A stretch of DNA of 64,000 nucleotides, from assembly GCA_038087875.1 (NCBI GenBank), contig CM075991.1, positions 8,186,001 through 8,250,000 on the forward strand. The letters are read 5' to 3'. The notes under the pieces are model-generated. The model worked only from the letters and a program-made list of their open reading frames with translations. It did no database searches and was not told the origin of the DNA. The stretch's first letter is position 1, and every line of letters begins with the position of its first letter. The DNA is from Malacoraja senta. Its lineage: Eukaryota. Shown piece by piece: positions 49,396-62,995 of the stretch. The position numbers and the translations under genes were made by a program.

Positions 49396-49979
49396 TAATC
49401 CTTTGACAGCGCCATCCAAACCCATGGCCTCCAGCAACCAGAAGCACAAGGGCAGCAGAGGGTTGGTAACACAACCGATAGACACCAAAAGCTGGAGTAG
49501 CTCCAGCACTTTTCGCCCATCTTCGGTTTGAACCAGCACCTGCAGTTCCTTCCTCCACACGTCCTTTAAACTTTCCCTGCTCGCCTTAAAACAAATGTCC
49601 TCGAGCATTTGACATTGCCTCGTTCAAGAAGGAACTGCAGATGCTGGAAAATCGAAGGTAGACAAAAGTGCTGGAGAAACTCGGTTTCTCCAGCACTTTT
49701 GTCTTTCTTTGACATTGCCTCCCTGGGGAAAAGACATTGCTTATCCATTCTATTTATTCCTCTCAGATGGTTCTCAAATATCTCCGTCATAAACTTCATT
49801 CAGGTTTGCCCTCAATCTCCGACACACCAAAGTAAACAATCCAAACTTGTCCAACCTCTCCCTACAGCTAATACCACCTAATATTAGTAAGAAAGAACTG
49901 CAGATGCTGGTTTAAATCAAAGGTAGGCACAAAATGCTGGAGTAACTCAGCGGGTGAGACAGCATCTCTGGAGAGAAGG

Positions 49980-50297
49980 AGGAGTCCAGAACCAGGGGCC
50001 ACACAGTTTAAGAATAAGGGGTAAGCCATTTAGAACGGAGACGAGGAAACACTTTTTCTCACAGAGAGTGGCGAGTCTGTGGAATTCTCTGCCTCAGAGG
50101 GTGGTGGAGGCAGGTTCTCTGGATGCTTTCAAGAGAGAGCTAGATAGGGCTCTTAAAGATAGTGGAGTCAGGGGATATGGGGAGAAGGCAGGAACGGGGT
50201 ACTGATTGGGGATGATCAGCCATGATCACATTGAATGGCGGTGCTGGCTCGAAGGGCTAAATGGCCTACTCCTGCACCTATTGTCTATTGTCTATTG
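49980..50297 (+). mobile_element. CR1 3' fragment nested in a PLE-derived repeat
   Basis: The PLE repeat ..ggagagaagga | gaatgggcgacg.. is split by the CR1 piece. Confidence 0.85.
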
Positions 50298-51370
50298 AAT
50301 GGGCGACGTTTTGGGTCGAGACCCTTCTTCGGGTCTCGAGAGAGACGTGATTGCACGCACGTCATGTCTACCGCCTAATATAGGCAGCTTCCCGGTGAAC
50401 CTCACCTGCACTCTCTCCAAATCTTTCACAGTGTTTGTGTGACCAGATATTCCAAAGATAGACACAAAATGCTGGAGTAACTCAGCGGGACAGGCAGCAT
50501 CTCTGGAGAGAAGGAATGGGTGACGTTTCAGACAGTAACACCACTGCTTAGGTCAGTCTGAGGAAGGATTCAGACCCAAAATGTCACCTTTCTTGACCTC
50601 TGTGCAAACTCCACACAGACAGCACCATTTCCCCTGTGATCGCCTGGGTTTTCTACGGGTGCTCTGGTTTTTTCCCACATCCCAAAGACATGAGGGTCTG
50701 TTGGGCAATTGGCCTCTGCATAATTGCCCTTAGTGTGTAGGAAGTGGATGAGAAAGTGGGATAACATAGAACGCCACACTATGTCACTGTATGTCATGTT
50801 GTCACTTGTGGGTGGAGCACCAAGGCAAATTCCTTGTATGTGAATACTTGTCCAATAAACTTACTCATTCATTCATTCAACTAGTGGAATTCTCTGCCAC
50901 AGAGGAGGCCAATTCACTGGATGTATTCAAGAGAGAGTTAGATATGGCTCTCTGGCTAACGGAATCAAGGGATATGGGGAGAAAGCAGAATCAAGGGATA
51001 TGGGGAGAAAGCAGGAATGGGGTACTGATTTTGGATGATCAGCCATGATCATATTGAATGGCGGTGCTGGCTTGAAGGGCCGAATGGCCTACTCCTGCAC
51101 CTATTTTCTATGTTTCTATATTTCTAGTCTGAACAGATGATCGGTGATCAGCATGGACTCAGTGGGCCGAAGGGCCTGTTTCGATGCAGTATCTCTATCA
51201 TCTAAGACAAGCCAAAGTCACAAAAGATTTCCATTCCAGAAGCATTTTTGAAAATATGTTCATTCAAAGGATGTGGGCTTCACAGGCGAAACCAACATTT
51301 AATTGCCCAGGTAGACAAAAATGCTGGAGAAACCCAGCAGGTGCAGCAGCATCTATGGAGCGAAGGAAAT

Positions 51371-51407
51371 AGGCAACGTTTCGGTGCGAAACCCTTCTTC
51401 AGACCCC
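51371..51407 (-). ncRNA. Minimal hammerhead ribozyme motif (PLE repeat, minus strand)
   Basis: Reverse complement reads GGGT-CTGAAGA-A-GGGTTTCGCACC-GAAA-C-GTT-GCCT: 4-bp helix I (GGGU/GCCU), weakened helix II. Confidence 0.35.
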
Positions 51408-51634
51408 AGTTGCCTGCTTGAATCACTAGGGTCCCCGAGATGGAAGCATGCCCCACTATGCTATTAGTGGGAGAGTGCCAGGGTGCTGACCCACTGGCAG
51501 TGAAGAAACAGTGATGTTTCAAGTCTGGGTGGCATCCAGGTGAAAACAAGGAACTGCAGATGCTGGTTTACACGAAAAGATACAACGTGCCGGAGTAACT
51601 CAGCCTAACTCAACTCAGGCAACATCTAGGGACC

Positions 51635-51925
51635 AGGGTGGCATAGCGGTAGTGCTACTGCTTCACAGTGCCAGAGTCCCGGGTTCGATCCCCACTACGG
51701 GTGCTGTCTGTACGGAGTTTGTACGTTCTCCCCGTGGCCATCGTGGGTTTTCTCCGAGATCTTCGGTTTCCTCCACACTCCAAAGACGTACGGGTTTGTA
51801 GGTGAATTGGTTTGGTATAGATGTAAATTGTCCCTAATATGTGTGTGGGGATCGCCGGTCGGTGCGGACTGGGTGGGCCGAAGGGCCTGTTTCCGCGCTG
51901 TATCTCTAAACCCTAAACCCTAAAT
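51635..51925 (+). mobile_element. HE1-type V-SINE
   Basis: Full-length copy. Others at ~40400-40680(+), 43410-43690(+), 45250-45525(+), 46676-46962(+), 56250-56525(-) and 58590-58870(-). Confidence 0.85.
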
Positions 51926-53248
51926 CTCAGGTAAGGACATGGATAGGTGACGATTTGGGTCGAGACCCTTCGTCAGACTGGCCAGTGAATAAAGTTAACA
52001 CAGGAGAGGAGGAAGGGAGAAGCTTCTGGTTTGGAAACAAAGATGAAAGATGATAGCGTCGGAGGAGAATTGCAGCTTGGTCACGCAACACGGAACAAAC
52101 AAATGGTCGTTCAAAGAGCGCAAGATTCATCTGTTGGAGATCAGCAGTGATGGCAGTATCAACCGGGAAATCAGTTTTCCCAATATGAGAAAGCTGGAGG
52201 CGGGAACGCTGGGACGTAAGCAATGATGCAGAAAGATCCAAGTGTTTTGGAAAATGTTCCTCGTTGATCCTGTGACGACAAGGCTAGGCCGCTTACATAA
52301 GCACTGTGGCTGTGTGTCAGGTTTCTGGACGGGCATCTGTTACCACAAAAGTTAGGCACAAAAAGCTGGAGTGACTCAGCGGGACAGGCAGCATCTCTGG
52401 CGGGGAGGAACGGGCGATGTTTCGGGTCGAGACCCTTCCCCAGTGTTAAATCTTCGGTTTAAACCAGCATCTGCAGTTCCTTCCTACCCATCTATTACCA
52501 CAGTTGGAAACGAGACGCACACCAGCAGTGAAGCGTCGCTTCCTGCATGCAATTAGCAAACCAACAGGGGTATGTTCAAGAGGAATCTTTCCCATCGAGA
52601 TGCCAGCGCCACCTCTCCCACTCCCATGCATCAGGACTATAATTAGGACTTTAATCCTTGGAGCGCAGGAGATTGAAGTGTAATCTTGTGTATGATGGGT
52701 GAAATGATGATGGGGATAGATAGGGCGAAGGCAGTCTTTTACCAAGGGAAGGGGAATGAGGAATCAGAGGTGGAAAATAGATGTCACCTTGTGCTGGAGT
52801 AACTCAGCATCAGGCAGCAGACTGAAGAAGGGTCACCTATTAATGTTCTCTAGAGATGCTGCCTAACTAGCTGAGTTACTCCAGCACTGTCTTTTTTTCG
52901 GGGTAAACCAGCGTCTACAGTTCCTTCTGTCTGCAAGAACGGAAGGACATAGGTATAACGCGACAGGGGAAAGACTTAATAGGAACTTGAAGGGCACCTT
53001 ATTCCACACAGGGGGTTAGTACAGTAAGTATACACATGGAACAAGTTGCCAGAGGAGGTGGTTGAGGCGGCTAGTATAACAACGTTTAAAAAGCACTTGA
53101 GTAGGCAGAAGGGTTTCGACCCAAAAATGTCACCCAGCTTTTTTCTCTAGAGATTCTGCCCAACCCGCTGAGTTACTCCAGCACCTTGTGTCTATATTCT
53201 GGAATAGGTACAGAGATAGGAAAGGTTTGGAGTGTCACAAAGTGGTTG

Positions 53249-53520
53249 GGAGTAACTCAGCGGGTCAGGCAGCACACCTGGAGAACATGGACAGGTGACG
53301 TTTCGGGTCGGGACCCGACCCGAAACGTCACCTATCCATGTTCTCCAGGTGTGCTGCCTGACCCGCTGAGTTACTCCAGCACTCTGCGAAACGACACCTC
53401 TCCATGTTCTCCAGAGATGCTGCCTGACCCGCTGAGTTACTCCAGCACTCTGCGAAACGACACCTCTCCATGTTCTCCAGAGGTGCTGCCTGACCCGCTG
53501 AGTTACTCCAGCACTCTGTA
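53249..53520. repeat. 62-bp-arm inverted repeat followed by three 66-bp tandem units (PLE-derived)
   Basis: Arms 53249-53310 and 53316-53377 (1 mismatch); tandem units start cgaaacg at 53321, 53387 and 53453. Confidence 0.9.
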
Positions 53521-56500
53521 TCCTTTTGAGTAAAGCAGCATCGGCCGTTCCTTGCTTCTAAGGTTTAGAGGAGCAGGCAAATGGGACTACCTTGGATGGG
53601 GCCGCTTGGTTAGCATGGACTAGATGGGCCAAACGTCCTGGTTTCCCAGCTGCGTGACTCTATCTTCTCTTCCCCATGCCTCCCCAACTCATATACAGTA
53701 GCTTCAATGAGCCTTTCTTCCGTAGACTCATTGTACCCACACCCACCCACCTTTGCTTTTAAAAGTTCCGTTCGGCTTAGAGACACAGCGCGGAAACAGA
53801 CCCCCACACGTTAACACTGCCCTACACACACTAGGGGCAATTTGCATTTTATACTACGCCAATAAATCTGCAAGTCTGTGCGCCTTTGGAGTGTGGGAGG
53901 AAATTGAAGATCTCGGAGCAGACCCACGCGGGTCACGGGGAGAAGGTACAAACTCGGTACGTTCTGTGGCTCCGGTAGTCGGGATCGAACCCAGGTCTCT
54001 GTCGCTGGAAGGCGGCAACTCTGCCGCTGCGCCACAGTGACGTATTTGTCCACCTCCAACCCCTAATACTCCCTCGTGCTCAATCAACCCTTCTCTCCAA
54101 TCTCTGGGCTGCAGGGCTCAGCCAAATAAGCCAGAGGTCCACTTACGAAGGACATTTCGGTGGAATCAACAAATCCCAGTGACTCATTGTGAAGCACAGC
54201 GACACAATCTTGCTGTCAACTGCGGCTGGACTAGCTGGGGGGGGGGGAGGTTTATTTTAAACAGTGCCGTCTCTCAGAAATTGCCACATCAAGCCCACCA
54301 AACCACACACAGTCACATCTGGAAAACAATACCGGAAAAAAAAAAAGTCATGGGAAGATGGACTTGCAAAGGGTTTATGGTGATCTGAAGCACAACAGTT
54401 TAGAACCCTGGCCCCCCGTTGTAAGGCAGGAAGATATGTATTTCTACAGCACCCGTCACATCAGGGAGTCATCCAGCACCTAAACAGGCCCTTCGGCCCC
54501 ATTTGCCCATGCTGACCAACATGCCGCATCTGCACTGGTTCCATTTGCCCGTGTTTGGCCGATATCCCACTAAGCCTTTCCCATCTTTGTACCAGTCCAA
54601 ATGTCCATGTCCAAATGTACCTGAACAAATCTGTTCCCCCCCCTCACCTTGAACCTACACGCTTTGGTTCTTGATTCCCCAACTCTTGATTCCCCAACTC
54701 TGGGTAAAAGATTGCGTTCATTCACCCTTCTAGTCCCCTCATGATTTTACACAGCTCTGTAAGAATAGCCCTCAGCCTCTGGTGGTCCAAGGAACAAACT
54801 TCCTAGCCGGCCAAACCCCTCCCGATTCCTCAGGACCTCGAGTCCTGGCAACATTCTCCATGTCTCTCAAGGGTGTTCTACCTTGCTATGCAGCCAGGGA
54901 CAAAGATCCTGTAGTGTGGTCACTCCTAGAGTGATACAGCGTGGAAACAGGCTCTCCGACCCAACTTGCTCACACTGGCCAACGTGCCCCATCTACACTA
55001 GTAGCCACCTGCCTGCGTTTTGCCCACATCCCTCTAAACCTCTCATAAGGTCATAAGGAGTTAAATTAGGCCATTCGGCCCATCAGGTCTACTCCACCAT
55101 CCAATCATGGCTGATCTATCTCTCCCTCCTAACCCCATTCTCCTGCCTCCCCCCCATAACTCTGACCCCCGTACTAATCAAGAATCTATCTATCTCTGCA
55201 TTAAACATATCCCCTGACTTGCCCTCCACAGCCTTCTGCGGCAAACTTCTACAGCCTTCAGTTCCGACCCATGTACCGGTATGAATGTTTCATAAACGTT
55301 GCGATAGCCCCTGCCTCAACTACCCGCTCCGGCAGCTTGGTCCATACACCCACCACCATTCTTGTGAAAAAGTTACCCCTCAGGTTCCCATTAAAACTAA
55401 TCCCCCCCCCCACCCCACATTCACCTACGTCTTTGGTTTTCGATTCCTGCAAGGAAACGCGGAACCAATTTACGCTGAGTTGCGTCAACAAAGGCTGGGT
55501 GTGATTATTCTCCATCTGGATTGGGAAGTGACTCGAGATGATTCAGGAGTGTCCTGGAGGAACCATGACCCCTCCAGCAGCCTCTGGCCCGTCTCCTGCG
55601 GAAGGGTGGGACACTTCCACCAGGCAGCCTGCACTGTTGGCAGGTGATTCACACTCTAGTTTAGTTTAATTTTCCCCACATCTGACATTAGTGACGCAAA
55701 TACAAAAAAAAAACACAGAGCATGTACAACACAATGCTGGAAGAAGGTCATTGGTGATAGGAGCAGAATTAGGCCATTTGGTCAATAGACAATAGACCAA
55801 TAGGTGCAGGAGTAGGCCATTCGGCCCTTCGAGCCAATGCTACATCAAGTCTACTCCGTCATTCAATCATGGCTGATCTATTCTCCCTGCCTTCTCCCCA
55901 TAACCTCTGACACCTGCACTAATCGAGAACCTATCTATCTCTGCCTTAAAAATATCCACTGACTTGGCCTCCACAGCCTTCTGTGGCAAAGAATTCCGCA
56001 GATTCACCACCCTCTGACTAAAGGAATTCCTTCTCATCTCCTTCCTAAAGGAACGTCCTTTATTCTGAGGCTGTGACCTCTAGTTCTAGAATCTCCCACT
56101 AGTGGAAACATCCTCTCCACATCCACTCTATCCAAGCCTTTCGCTATTTGTGGGTCAGGCAGCATCTGGGAGGGAATTGACAGATGACATTTGACCTCTC
56201 GTTGGACTGATCAGATTATCTGTCCATTCCCAGCTTGACTCGCTGACTTTAGATTTTATAGATACAGCGGTGGAAACAGGCCCTTAGTTCGGCCCAACAA
56301 GGCCGTGTCGCCAGCGACCACTATCCTACACACTAGGGACAATTTACAATTTTACAGAAGGCAAATTAACCTACAAACCTGTACATCTTTGGAGTGTGGG
56401 TGGAAACCGGTGCGCCAGTAGAAAATCCACGTGGTCACGGGGAGGACGTACAAACTCCGTACAGGCAGCACCCTTAGTCAGAATCGAACCTGGGTCTCTG

Positions 56501-58088
56501 GTGCTGTGAGGCAGCTGCGCCACCTTGCTGCCCTCCGGTACGCTGTGTGTTGCTCAAGATTCCAGCACCTGCAGTTCCTTGCGTCTGCACGGCTTTGAAA
56601 CCAGTGTGAGAAAGCAACGAGGGGCCCAGCAGTAATTCAAGTCTTTTATTTGTTTTCCCATTAACTGTGGTCAGGACAAGCCATGTTGAATCCGTTCTGT
56701 GCAGCCCCCAAATTGAACAAGTCTCAAGATGAATTCTGACTGAGCGAATACTATAACCGTGTTCAGTGGGCATGGTGTCAGAGTGGAAGGGGAGAGGCGG
56801 GGGGGGGACGCAGGGAACTAGTGTATATCAGGACAAGTTACCAGCTGAACTGCACGGGCCGTCAATAAAAGGCCGAGACTGTCACACTGAGGCTCCTGGG
56901 TCATTCATAAACAATGATCACGCGAGTTAGGCAGGAGGGAGACAGGAGGAGGTTTGTCTCTGCTGCTGTAACGATATTCCAGCAGGTTCCAATGTATTCA
57001 ACAAGCAGGCTAAGGTAGTGAGGGCAAGGATAACTTCAAGCAGAGTCACTCACGGGCAGAGTCAAACTACTACTGGCGTTCATTTATAGAAACATTCCTA
57101 GCTGAGAAATAAAAGCATTGCAAAGCTCAGCACTGGACACACCAGACATCTATTCAAAGCCAAATTCCAAACTTATGTTAGGAGAGGTAAAGGGTATTGT
57201 GTACTCTTTACTAAAAGTTCTCCTTTCACATATACAATCATCTACTTCACTGTAGCATTATATCTACAAATTGGACTTAGGAGTGATAGAGTTGCTGCCT
57301 TACAGCGCCAGGTTCGATCCTGACTACGGGTGCTTGTCCGTGCGGAGTTTGTACGTTATCCCCGCTGGAGGTTTTCTCCGGGTGCTCCAGTTCCCTCACG
57401 CATTCCAAAGACGTACGGAGTTTGTACGTTCTCACCGTGATCGCGTGACCATGTTGGTCGGCGCGGACCCGGTGGGCCCAGGGCCCAGTTTACGCGCTGT
57501 ATCTCCGAACTAAACTAACCTGCTACCCAAAGGATCCAGCCACCCAGTCCCAACCCTAACATCCCATGATGCAATCCCGAGACCCAGTGGATTCTCTTCA
57601 AGGTGTTTCAGTTTCCCGTCCACATAGGTTAATTGGCCACTGCAAATGGCCATTAATATGCAGGTAAATTATAGAATCTGGGGAGAGATGGTGAGAAAAT
57701 GGGGTCAATAAAAAGTGGGATCAGTGTCAGCATAGACTAGATGGGCCAAAGGGCCCATTTCTGTCAGGGCATAAACAGTCCCAAAGTGCCGGAGTAACTC
57801 AGCGGGTCAGGTGGCATCTCTGGAGAAAAAGGATGGGTGATGTTCGGGCTGGGACCCACCTTTCAGACTGGAGAGTAGAGGGTGGAAACTGGAGATCTGG
57901 GGAGAAGAAAAAAGATCTGTCTGGTATGACCATGGAAACATAGAAAATAGGTGCAGGAGTAGGTCATTCGGCCCTTCGATCTTCGAGCCCATTCAATATG
58001 ATCATGGCCGATCATCCAAAAGCAGTACCCAGGTCCTGCTTTTTTCTCTCATATCCCTTGATTCCATTAGCCCGAAGAGCTTATCTAA

Positions 58089-58386
58089 AGGGCCTGTCCC
58101 ACTGTACCGAGCTAATTCAAGAGTTCTCCCGAGTTTCCCTTGATTTGAACTCGGAGAATTACGGTAATAGCCGCTCGTAGGTACTCGGGCTCTCGTGGAC
58201 ATTTTTCAACATGTTGAAAAATCTTCACGAGCTTAACCGCGTTTCCCGAGTACCTGACGTTAGCGTTACGAGCCGCTAAGAGACGTCCCCGAGCTCCGAC
58301 GTACCCGCTACGTACTTACCACGAGTTTTTTTGTTTTTTTTAACTTGGGAGAGCTCTTGGGTAAACTCGTATAGTGGGACAGACCT
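58089..58386. mobile_element. PIF/Harbinger-type MITE (family B) nested in a CR1 tail
   Basis: Same TIRs; TAA/TTA flanks; CR1 sequence resumes on both sides. Confidence 0.85.
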
Positions 58387-59003
58387 TTACTCTCTTGAAA
58401 ACATCCAGTGAATTGGCCTCCACTGCCTTCTGTTAAAATAACCATCAACTGAGACAGAGATAGAAAGCAGTCCGACACTCCACTCAGAAGGAAAACTGCA
58501 GTTGCTGCTGCATTTATTGCATGTATCGGGCTCTCACAGGCAGCCAGTGTATAATCGAGTGCCAACACTGCATAGTCAACACTTGATGGATTGAAAGATA
58601 CAGCTTGGATACAGGCCCTTCAGTCCCCGCTGACCATCGATCGCACGTTTGCACTAGTTCTATGTTATCCCATTTTCTCATCCACTCCCAGCACAATGGG
58701 AGAAATTTGCAGAAGACCCAACGAACCGACAAACCTCCACGTCATTGGGAAACCCGCGCGGTCACAGGGGGAAGGTGCAAACTCCGTATGCAGACAGCAC
58801 CCGAGGTCAGGATCGAACCCGGGTCTCTGGTGCTGTGAGGCAGCAACTCTACCGCTGCGCCACCGTGCCGGCCCAGTTTCTTCCTTCACATTTAGTCCCT
58901 TGCACCCTTAAACCAAGATGAAGCGGCAAATGGTCCAATGTTTAGCACTGGGTACCGCAAATAGCTTGATAACACATACGGCCATCACACAAGAACACCA
59001 TCA

Positions 59004-59037
59004 CACTGAAGAAGGGTCCCAGCCCGAAACGTCACCC
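59004..59037 (+). ncRNA. Minimal hammerhead ribozyme motif (PLE repeat)
   Basis: CTGAAGA-A-GGGTCCCAGCCC-GAAA-C-GTC at 59006-59033. Confidence 0.45.
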
Positions 59038-59804
59038 ATCCGCATTCTCAGAGATGCTGCCCTACCCGCCGAGTTACTCCTGCACTTTGCGTCTTTAGTT
59101 GTAAACAGGCATCTGCAGTTCCTCGTTTCTGCAGCTTCTTCCCTGCTGTAATCAGACCATTAAGGCCATCAGGGGTTATGGGGAGAAGGCAGGAGAATGG
59201 GCTTGAGAGGGAAAGATAGATCAGCCATGATTGAACGGCGGAGTAGACTTGATGGGTCGTATGCTCATGTAACTTACGGACGTGACAGAGACTGGTCAGA
59301 AGCCAAGTATGATCCCCCTCACACTGCGGCCCTTAAGACTTCATTTAAACATATAACTTTGTGCTACAGTAACACGGCAACACTGCACTCTGCTATATTC
59401 CTCTTTGTATTTCCTGTTGTACCTGCGTACGGCCTGATTATACTAAGTTATGGTCCGATTTGTAATAGAAAGGAACTGCAGATGCTGGTTTAACCCAAAG
59501 ATAGACACAAATGCTGGAGTAACTCAGCGGGTCAGGCAGCATCTCTGGAGAACATGGATAGGTGACGATTCTAGTTGGGACCCTTCTTCAGAGTGAAGAA
59601 GGGCCCCGACCCGAAACCTCACCTATTGATTGCCTCCACAGATGCTTCCTGACCCACTGAGTTACTCCAGCATTTTGTGTCTATATAATTTAATTGTGTA
59701 GCGTGCAAAGCGACATTTTTCACTACTAATACACAATAATATTATGACAATAATAGACCAATCTCAAAGAGCAGCCTATTAACCATCACTTGTAGGTTAA
59801 CCCA

Positions 59805-60240
59805 TGATGAGCTTTTATCAGCACTGGGCCTGTACTCGGTGGAGTTTAGAAAAATGAGGGGGGACCTCATTGAAACGTACAGAATAGTGAAAGTCTCGGA
59901 TAGAGTGGATGTGGGAGGATGTTTCTACTAGTGGAGAGTCTCGGACTGGAGGTCACAGCCTCAGAATTAAAGGACATTCTTTTAGGAAGGAGATGAGGAG
60001 AAATTTCTTTAGTCAGAGGGTGGTGAATCTGTGGAATTCTTTGCCACAGACGGCTGTGGAGGCCAAGTCAGTGGATATTTTTAAGGCAGAGATAGATAGA
60101 TTCTCGATTAGTACGGGTGTCAGAGGTTATGGGGAGAAGGCAGGAGAATGGGGTTAGGAGGGAGAGATAGATCAGCCATGATTGAATGGCGGAGTAGAGT
60201 TGATGGGCCGAATGGCCTAATTCTACCCCTATTCCTTAAT
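59805..60240 (+). mobile_element. CR1 3' fragment
   Basis: ESRTGGHSLRIKGHSFRKEMRRNFFSQRVVNLWNSLPQ. Further copies at ~11715-11975(-), 13325-13730(+), 23865-24130(-), 34190-34580(-) and 55800-56145(-). Confidence 0.9.
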
Positions 60241-61089
60241 ACGTTATGACTTCCCCATGATCAACAATTAAAAATTAAACTCACCTGCCCCTTAGATGTC
60301 CCCTACCTGAACCCCAGATACTGCTGTCGTAATGCTGATTTAAACCGAAGGTAGACTCAAAAGCTGGAGTAACTCAGCAGGACAGGCAGCATCTCTGGAG
60401 AGAAGGAATGGGTGACGTTTTCGGTGAGACCCGAAACGTCACCCATTCTTGACAAGACCCTTCTTCTGATGGAAGGGTCTCGACCCGAAACGTCACCCAT
60501 TCCTTCTCTCCAGAGATGCTGCCTGTCCTGCTGAGTTACTCCAGCTGTTCGTGTCTATCTTATATACACAAAGGATAGGTACAGACTCGATGGGCCGCAT
60601 GGCCTCTCTCTGTGCAAGGAGGGGAAGGGACTGTGCCTTTAAACCCAAAATTACGTCATGCACAGTTTGAACAAAATAGGCAATGAAGTTACACATCCCA
60701 TTGCCTGAAGTCCCATTACAGCACAATCACCTTCATAGCCCTTAATATTTCAGGGGTGGAAATGCCCTTCCATTTAGAAAGCTGATCATTTAAAAAAATT
60801 TGAGGCATGGGGAAATCCCACAAAGAGCTAACGTGGGAATTATATTTTAAAAGACCCGATGCTCTGGGCTGTCTGTGTCTCAATCTGGAGATTCACAAAT
60901 ATTATGCAGATCAGACCAAAAGGTGTTACACATAGCATTCAGGTGCTAGGAATGGGTGGCTTCAGCTGCGCAGCTTGTTCCAATACCCTTCTTCCACTCT
61001 GCTAATCCTGCCTGTGAAATACAATTCAGCTTCCCCTTTTTCTTCCCCCCCTCCCCAAAGCAAGCGGTTGCACCCCCCGTTAAATACAC

Positions 61090-62177
61090 CCTACCTCCCC
61101 CCCCCTCTCTCTCTCCCCCTCCTCTCTTCCCCCCTCCTCTCTCTCTCCCTCCCTACTTCCCTCTCTCCCTCCTTCCTCTCCCCCTCCTCTCTCTCTCCCC
61201 TCCTTCTCTCTCTCTTCTCTCTCTCCCCTCTTCTATCTCTCCCCCTTCTCTCTCTCCCCTCCTTCTCTCTCTCTTCTCTCTCTCCCTTCTTCTCTCTCTC
61301 CCCTCCTTCTCTCTCTCCCCTCCTTCTCTCTCTCTTCTCTCTCTCCCTTCTCTCTCTCCCCTCCTTCTCCATTCCCCTCCTTCTCTCTCTCTCCCTCTTC
61401 TCTCTCTCCCCTCTTCTCTCCTCCCCTCCTTCTCTCTCTCCCCTCTTCTCTCTCTCCCCCCTTCTCTCTCTCCCTCTTCTCTCTCTCCCTCTTCTCTCTC
61501 TCCCCTCTTCTCTCTCTCCCCTCTTCTCTCTCTCCCCTCTTCTCTCTCTTCCCCTCTTCCTCTCCCCTCTTCTCTCTCCCCTCTTCTCTCTCTCCCCTCT
61601 TCTCTCTCTCTCCTTCTCTCTCTCTCCCTCCTTCTCTCCTCCCCCTCCCTTCTTCTCCCCCTTCTCTCTCTCCCCTCTTCTCTCTCTCCCTTCTTCTCTC
61701 TCTCCCCTCTTCTCTCTCTCCCCTCTTCTCTCTCCCCTCTTCTCTCTCTCCCCTCTTCTCTCTCTCCCCTCGTCTCTCTCTCCCCTCTTCTCTCTCTCCC
61801 TCTTCTCTCTCCCCTTCTTCTCTCTCTCCCCCTCCTTCTCTCTCTCCCTCCTTCTCTCTCTCCCCTCTTCTCTCTCTCCCCTCTTCTCTCTCTCCCCTCC
61901 TTCCTCTCTCTCCCCTCCTTCTCTCTCTCCCCTCCTTCTCTCTCTCCCCTCCTTCTCTCTCTCCCCTCCTTCTCTCTCTCCCCTCTCTCTCTCTCCCCCT
62001 CTTCCCTCTCTCCCCTCTTCCCTCTCTCCCCTCTTCCCTCTCTCCCCTCTTCTCTCTCTCCCCTCTTCTCTCTCTCCCCCCTTCCCTCTCTCCCCTCTTC
62101 CCTCTCTCCCCTCTTCTCTCTCTCCCCTCTTCTCTCTCTCCCCTCCTTCCCTCTCTCCCCTCCTCACCCTCTCCCCG
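61090..62177. repeat. ~1.1 kb almost pure polypyrimidine (C/T) tract
   Basis: Degenerate CTCTCTCTCCCCTCTT units with almost no A or G. Confidence 0.97.
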
Positions 62178-62914
62178 GATCCCAGTGTGTAACTCCCTCG
62201 ATTAAATCTGTCTGTTGCAGGATCCCACCCCACCTCGGCACGCTCTTTGTATTTTTGCATTGAACTAACTGCAGGCAACTGAGGGTGGTGGTTTGAATCT
62301 TATTTCCCTTTGCAAGCAGTGGGTGGGTGTGGGGGGTGGGGGTGGGTGTGGGTGGTGGGGATGGCTGTGGGTGTGGGGGGTGGGGGTGGGGGGGGGTCAG
62401 AACAGCACTGAAGACCAACGATTCCGAATAACAGCAGGAAACAGTCCCGACAACACGAGGAGGGAAATACTATTTAAAGCAGAACTGCTCCGGGTGCCAT
62501 GATCACCATCATCAAGATGTCTGCTTTTATATATATATAATTTTTTTTTTAAACATGCAAACAAGGATTACATTGACCAGGGAGAGAATAACAAAGAGCT
62601 TTCACATTGGGGCTCCCACGTTGGTGTAGTTTGGGCCAAATCAATGACTGAATTAACTGGTCTCGCCCATCGCTCGCTTTCATTGTCTCGAATCCAATGA
62701 AGAAATCGGCTAGAATTCACTTTAATTCAATTAAATCAACGTGTCCGGGGCTGGAGGGGGGTGGAGGGGTGGAGGGGTGGAGGGGTGAGGAGAGGAGGCA
62801 GCAATCTGTAAATCCACCACACATATCAACACACTAACACAATGAAGGGTTGCTTGTCCCTACACAAGGACCCATCCGGAATTAGCACGACATGGACATT
62901 TAAAGGCTACTCAC

Positions 62915-62995
62915 CGATGGCCTCGTCCCAGTCCGGCTCCAGTCGCTCTGTATCTTGTCAAACTTCCTCGCACAGATGTCCAGAGGGAAGCCCGG
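62915..62995 (-). other. Candidate 81-nt internal exon of an unidentified gene
   Basis: Strong acceptor (tttcctttctctcctccctctcgctattttgcag|) and donor (|gtgagt); no ATG; two frames are open (PGFPLDICARKFDKIQSDWSRTGTRPS or RASLWTSVRGSLTRYRATGAGLGRGH). No product recognised. Confidence 0.5.

Noticed and set aside
51906..51924. (CCCTAAA)n plant-telomere-like repeat
   Set aside because: A variant of the SINE (CTAAA)n tail with only ~2.5 units.
60956..62278. ORFs of 395-435 aa (Leu/Ser/Pro or Arg/Glu/Gly rich)
   Set aside because: Stop-free translation of the C/T tract; not protein-coding evidence.
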